This document shows, piece after piece, positions 61,441 to 64,000 of a stretch of DNA of 64,000 bases; position 1 is the first letter of the stretch; each line of letters opens with the position of its first letter. Position numbers and translations under genes: made by a program. The notes beneath the pieces were generated by a model. The model did not search any database. It saw only the letters and a program-made list of their open reading frames with translations, and had not been told where the DNA came from. Where the stretch lies: NCBI GenBank assembly GCA_963788195.1, contig CAWBGA010000002.1, forward strand, positions 224,001-288,000. Reading direction: 5' to 3'. Source of the DNA: Nitrospirota bacterium (GTDB lineage: Bacteria > Nitrospirota > Nitrospiria > Nitrospirales > NS-4).

Positions 61441-62882
61441 TGTCTACAGCGCTTATTGAGGGCTGGCTGGTTTTTCTCAACTGGGGAATCCTGATTTATT
61501 TCTTGGCGATTAATGGTTTTTATGGTGTGTTGCTGCTCAGCGCGGCCTGGGAAATTCGGCGGCACGTTCTGACCATCAGAGGTGAAAGTCGCTGGAAACT
61601 ATTAAGCTCTCGCGTCGTGCCGTCCATTACCGTGTTAGCGCCGGCCCACAATGAGGCCTCGACGATTGCCGAAAGCGTGCGGGCGCTGCTTGGCCTGTAC
61701 TATCCGAATTTGGAAGTCATCGTTATCAACGATGGGTCCAGTGATCAGACGATAGAGGTGCTGCAGCGGGAATTTGACCTCATTCCAATCCATTCAATTT
61801 TTCACCGCCGCCTACAAACCAGGACCATCAAGCAATTATATCGCTCGCAGAGCCATCCCAGTCTATTGGTCGCCGATAAGGAAAAGGGTGGCAAGGCGGA
61901 CGCACTGAATGCCGGACTCAATCTGGCAACCGGCGATCTGGTCTGCGCGATCGACGCGGATACGATGATCGAGCCGGATGCTCTGCAACGTATGGTGCGG
62001 CCCTTCTTGACGGGGCATGACGTGGTGGCCGCGGGAGGAACGATTCGGGTCGTCAATGGATCCTCTGTTTTGCGAGGCCGGGTCGTCAAATGTCGAGTCC
62101 CGCCTCGGCCGCTGGCAGGCATGCAGCATGTAGAGTACCTCCGGGCATTCCTTTTTGGTAGGCTCGGGTGGAATTCACTAGGTGGAAATATGATCATCTC
62201 AGGCGCCTTCGGGCTCTTCAAGCGGCAGGCAGTCATGGCTGTTGGGGGCTATACGAGAGCCACCGTCGCCGAGGACATGGAAATAGTAGTGAAGATAAGG
62301 CGCCTTGGATACGAACAGGGCAACGTTCAGCGAATAGAATTCATTCCCGATCCAGTCGCGTGGACCGAGGTGCCCGAGTCGTTCCTTAACCTCGGCCGAC
62401 AACGGGACCGATGGCACCGAGGTCTTGCCAATGTTCTGTGGCGTCACCGCGGACTTTTGCTGAATCGGCGCTACGGCGTCCTGGGCCTGGTGGTCTATCC
62501 ATACTTTGTGTTTATTGAATTCCTCGCGCCCGTGGTAGAGGCCACCGGTCTTCTCGCGGTGGGAGTCGGTCTTCTGCTCGGCGCCGTGGACATACAGTTT
62601 GCCATCTTGTTCTGCTGCGTTGCCTACGGCTTTGGCCTGATTTTAACCATCGCAACATTGGCAATGGATGAGGTGATCTATCGGCGTTCGGAGACGCTCT
62701 CCGATCGCTTGCTGTTATTGGCCTGGACTCTCTTGGAGCCGATCGGTTACCGGCAATGCACCGTCTACTGGCGTCTGCGTGGGTTGCTGAAGTTTTTTCA
62801 AGGACGGACCGATTGGGGAGTGATGGATCGCCGAGGATTCACGCGATCGCCGGCGGAAGTTCAAAGTCATTCACAGACGTGA
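61440..62882 (+). CDS. Processive family 2 glycosyltransferase (PgaC/IcaA-like)
   Basis: PAHNE, INDGS, GKADALN, DAD, AEDME, QRDRW; N- and C-terminal TM segments. Confidence 0.92.
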   Translation: MSTALIEGWLVFLNWGILIYFLAINGFYGVLLLSAAWEIRRHVLTIRGESRWKLLSSRVVPSITVLAPAHNEASTIAESVRALLGLYYPNLEVIVINDGSSDQTIEVLQREFDLIPIHSIFHRRLQTRTIKQLYRSQSHPSLLVADKEKGGKADALNAGLNLATGDLVCAIDADTMIEPDALQRMVRPFLTGHDVVAAGGTIRVVNGSSVLRGRVVKCRVPPRPLAGMQHVEYLRAFLFGRLGWNSLGGNMIISGAFGLFKRQAVMAVGGYTRATVAEDMEIVVKIRRLGYEQGNVQRIEFIPDPVAWTEVPESFLNLGRQRDRWHRGLANVLWRHRGLLLNRRYGVLGLVVYPYFVFIEFLAPVVEATGLLAVGVGLLLGAVDIQFAILFCCVAYGFGLILTIATLAMDEVIYRRSETLSDRLLLLAWTLLEPIGYRQCTVYWRLRGLLKFFQGRTDWGVMDRRGFTRSPAEVQSHSQT

Positions 62883-64000
62883 GGTGGGTTGCACTGAGTG
62901 TCGCTATTTGGAGCTTGGCATGCGGTGCCGTAGGTGCGTCGGCTGAGAGTGTCCCCGTAAGAGGACCGATCCCCGTGGACATCCAGGAAATTGAGATCAT
63001 CTACCCGGACGGCAGGTCGCCTACCGTCATATTGAAGACCATACCTGGGTCCCCGATGGCGGTTCCGGTGCGGCCTTCCACGGCCACAGTCGATCTGCTG
63101 AAGATGGTCACCAACGTCAAGGCCTTTGGAGAGTGCGACGCGTCGTCGGAACGCAAGCTGGGCGCGATTGTCCTCGACACGACCTCCCGGGTTAAAAACC
63201 TGTGCGGTCATGTCTTGATGCTTCGCCAGGGAGATGCTCCGCAAGATTTGCTTTCGTATGACACACTGCATCTCCGCGGAGAAACCACAGAACCTCTCCT
63301 CATCAGCCTCATCGATGAAGCATCGGAGCGCCGCGAGAGCGCGGTGCCGGTGATCCGCGTGAACGGCAGGTTTGATCTTCGTGTTGCACTGCGGTCATCC
63401 GCCCGGCGACTCGACTTGCGCCGCGTGGTTGCCGCCTCGATCATTCCTGAGACCCGGGACGCTCATGTGATCCTGGAAAGCCTCACTGTCGAACATGTCG
63501 GGGCTGCTCGCCAAGCGCAGACGAAGCGTGGTTATTGGGTCTGGAAATACCGCGAGGCTTTAAAGGCTCCCGATACGATGTTGGACTCGTGCCTGCGCCA
63601 AGGGTGCCACCGCATCCTTGTGCAGATGCCCGACATAAACGATCCGGAGAGTCTTTGGAAGGCATATGCGCGTTTTCTGAATACCGCGCACGGCCGTCAC
63701 ATCGAGGTCTTTGCCTTGGACGGCTACCCGGAGGCGGTTGACGCTCCGGGGCCGTTGATCGCCAAGATCCAAAAACTGCTCACAATGGTCGACAGGCGGA
63801 GCCTCGACGGGGTCCAGTTGGATCTTGAACCGTATCTGCTGGAGGGCTGGGCGATGGACGAAGGGGGCGTATTCTCGCTACCTGGACACGGTGGATGCCA
63901 TCAAGGCGGTCTTGTCCGGAACTCGCTTCTCAATCGTGATGCCGTTTTGGTTCACTTCGCAGGTGGTGCGAGATCGGCCCGTCGCGTTCTCGGTCATAGA
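62879..64000 (+). CDS. Exported protein with probable GH18-like TIM-barrel (3' truncated; probable +1 G at 63863-63867)
   Basis: Absent from the ORF track because no stop; hand-translated: GTG overlaps GT2 stop, signal MRWVALSVAIWSLACGAVGASA, GYWVW, FALDG, DGVQLDLEPY. Confidence 0.7.
   Translation, partial: MRWVALSVAIWSLACGAVGASAESVPVRGPIPVDIQEIEIIYPDGRSPTVILKTIPGSPMAVPVRPSTATVDLLKMVTNVKAFGECDASSERKLGAIVLDTTSRVKNLCGHVLMLRQGDAPQDLLSYDTLHLRGETTEPLLISLIDEASERRESAVPVIRVNGRFDLRVALRSSARRLDLRRVVAASIIPETRDAHVILESLTVEHVGAARQAQTKRGYWVWKYREALKAPDTMLDSCLRQGCHRILVQMPDINDPESLWKAYARFLNTAHGRHIEVFALDGYPEAVDAPGPLIAKIQKLLTMVDRRSLDGVQLDLEPYLLEGWAMDEGGVFSLPGHGGCHQGGLVRNSLLNRDAVLVHFAGGARSARRVLGHR

Overview
GC-rich bacterial chromosome segment, probably Nitrospirota (inferred from the 2M-type complex I layout). 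In order: 3' end of leuA; a stand-alone APAF-1-like TIR-NB-ARC-WD40 (about 15 repeats) gene; a small zinc-ribbon gene; a PriA whose ATPase motifs are eroded; several exported hypotheticals; a complex I operon nuoABCD-G-IJKL-M-M-N lacking nuoE, nuoF and nuoH; an IPT/TIG protein, rnd and two O-methyltransferases; an HDOD/kinase operon divergent from a sigma54 cascade (FleQ-like, TPR protein, FlrB/FlrC-like); a flagellar cluster from flgB to fliA; and a candidate exopolysaccharide operon (Hpt-REC-REC-degenerate GGDEF-REC, HEAT, processive GT2, exported TIM-barrel-like protein) running off the window. About 20 single-base frameshifts, nearly all +1 and also in core genes, point to long-read consensus errors, so split ORFs are reported as repaired genes. 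Several palindromic repeat families occupy the spacers. No rRNA, tRNA, CRISPR array or transposase was recognised. All calls rest on manual motif reading, not database searches.
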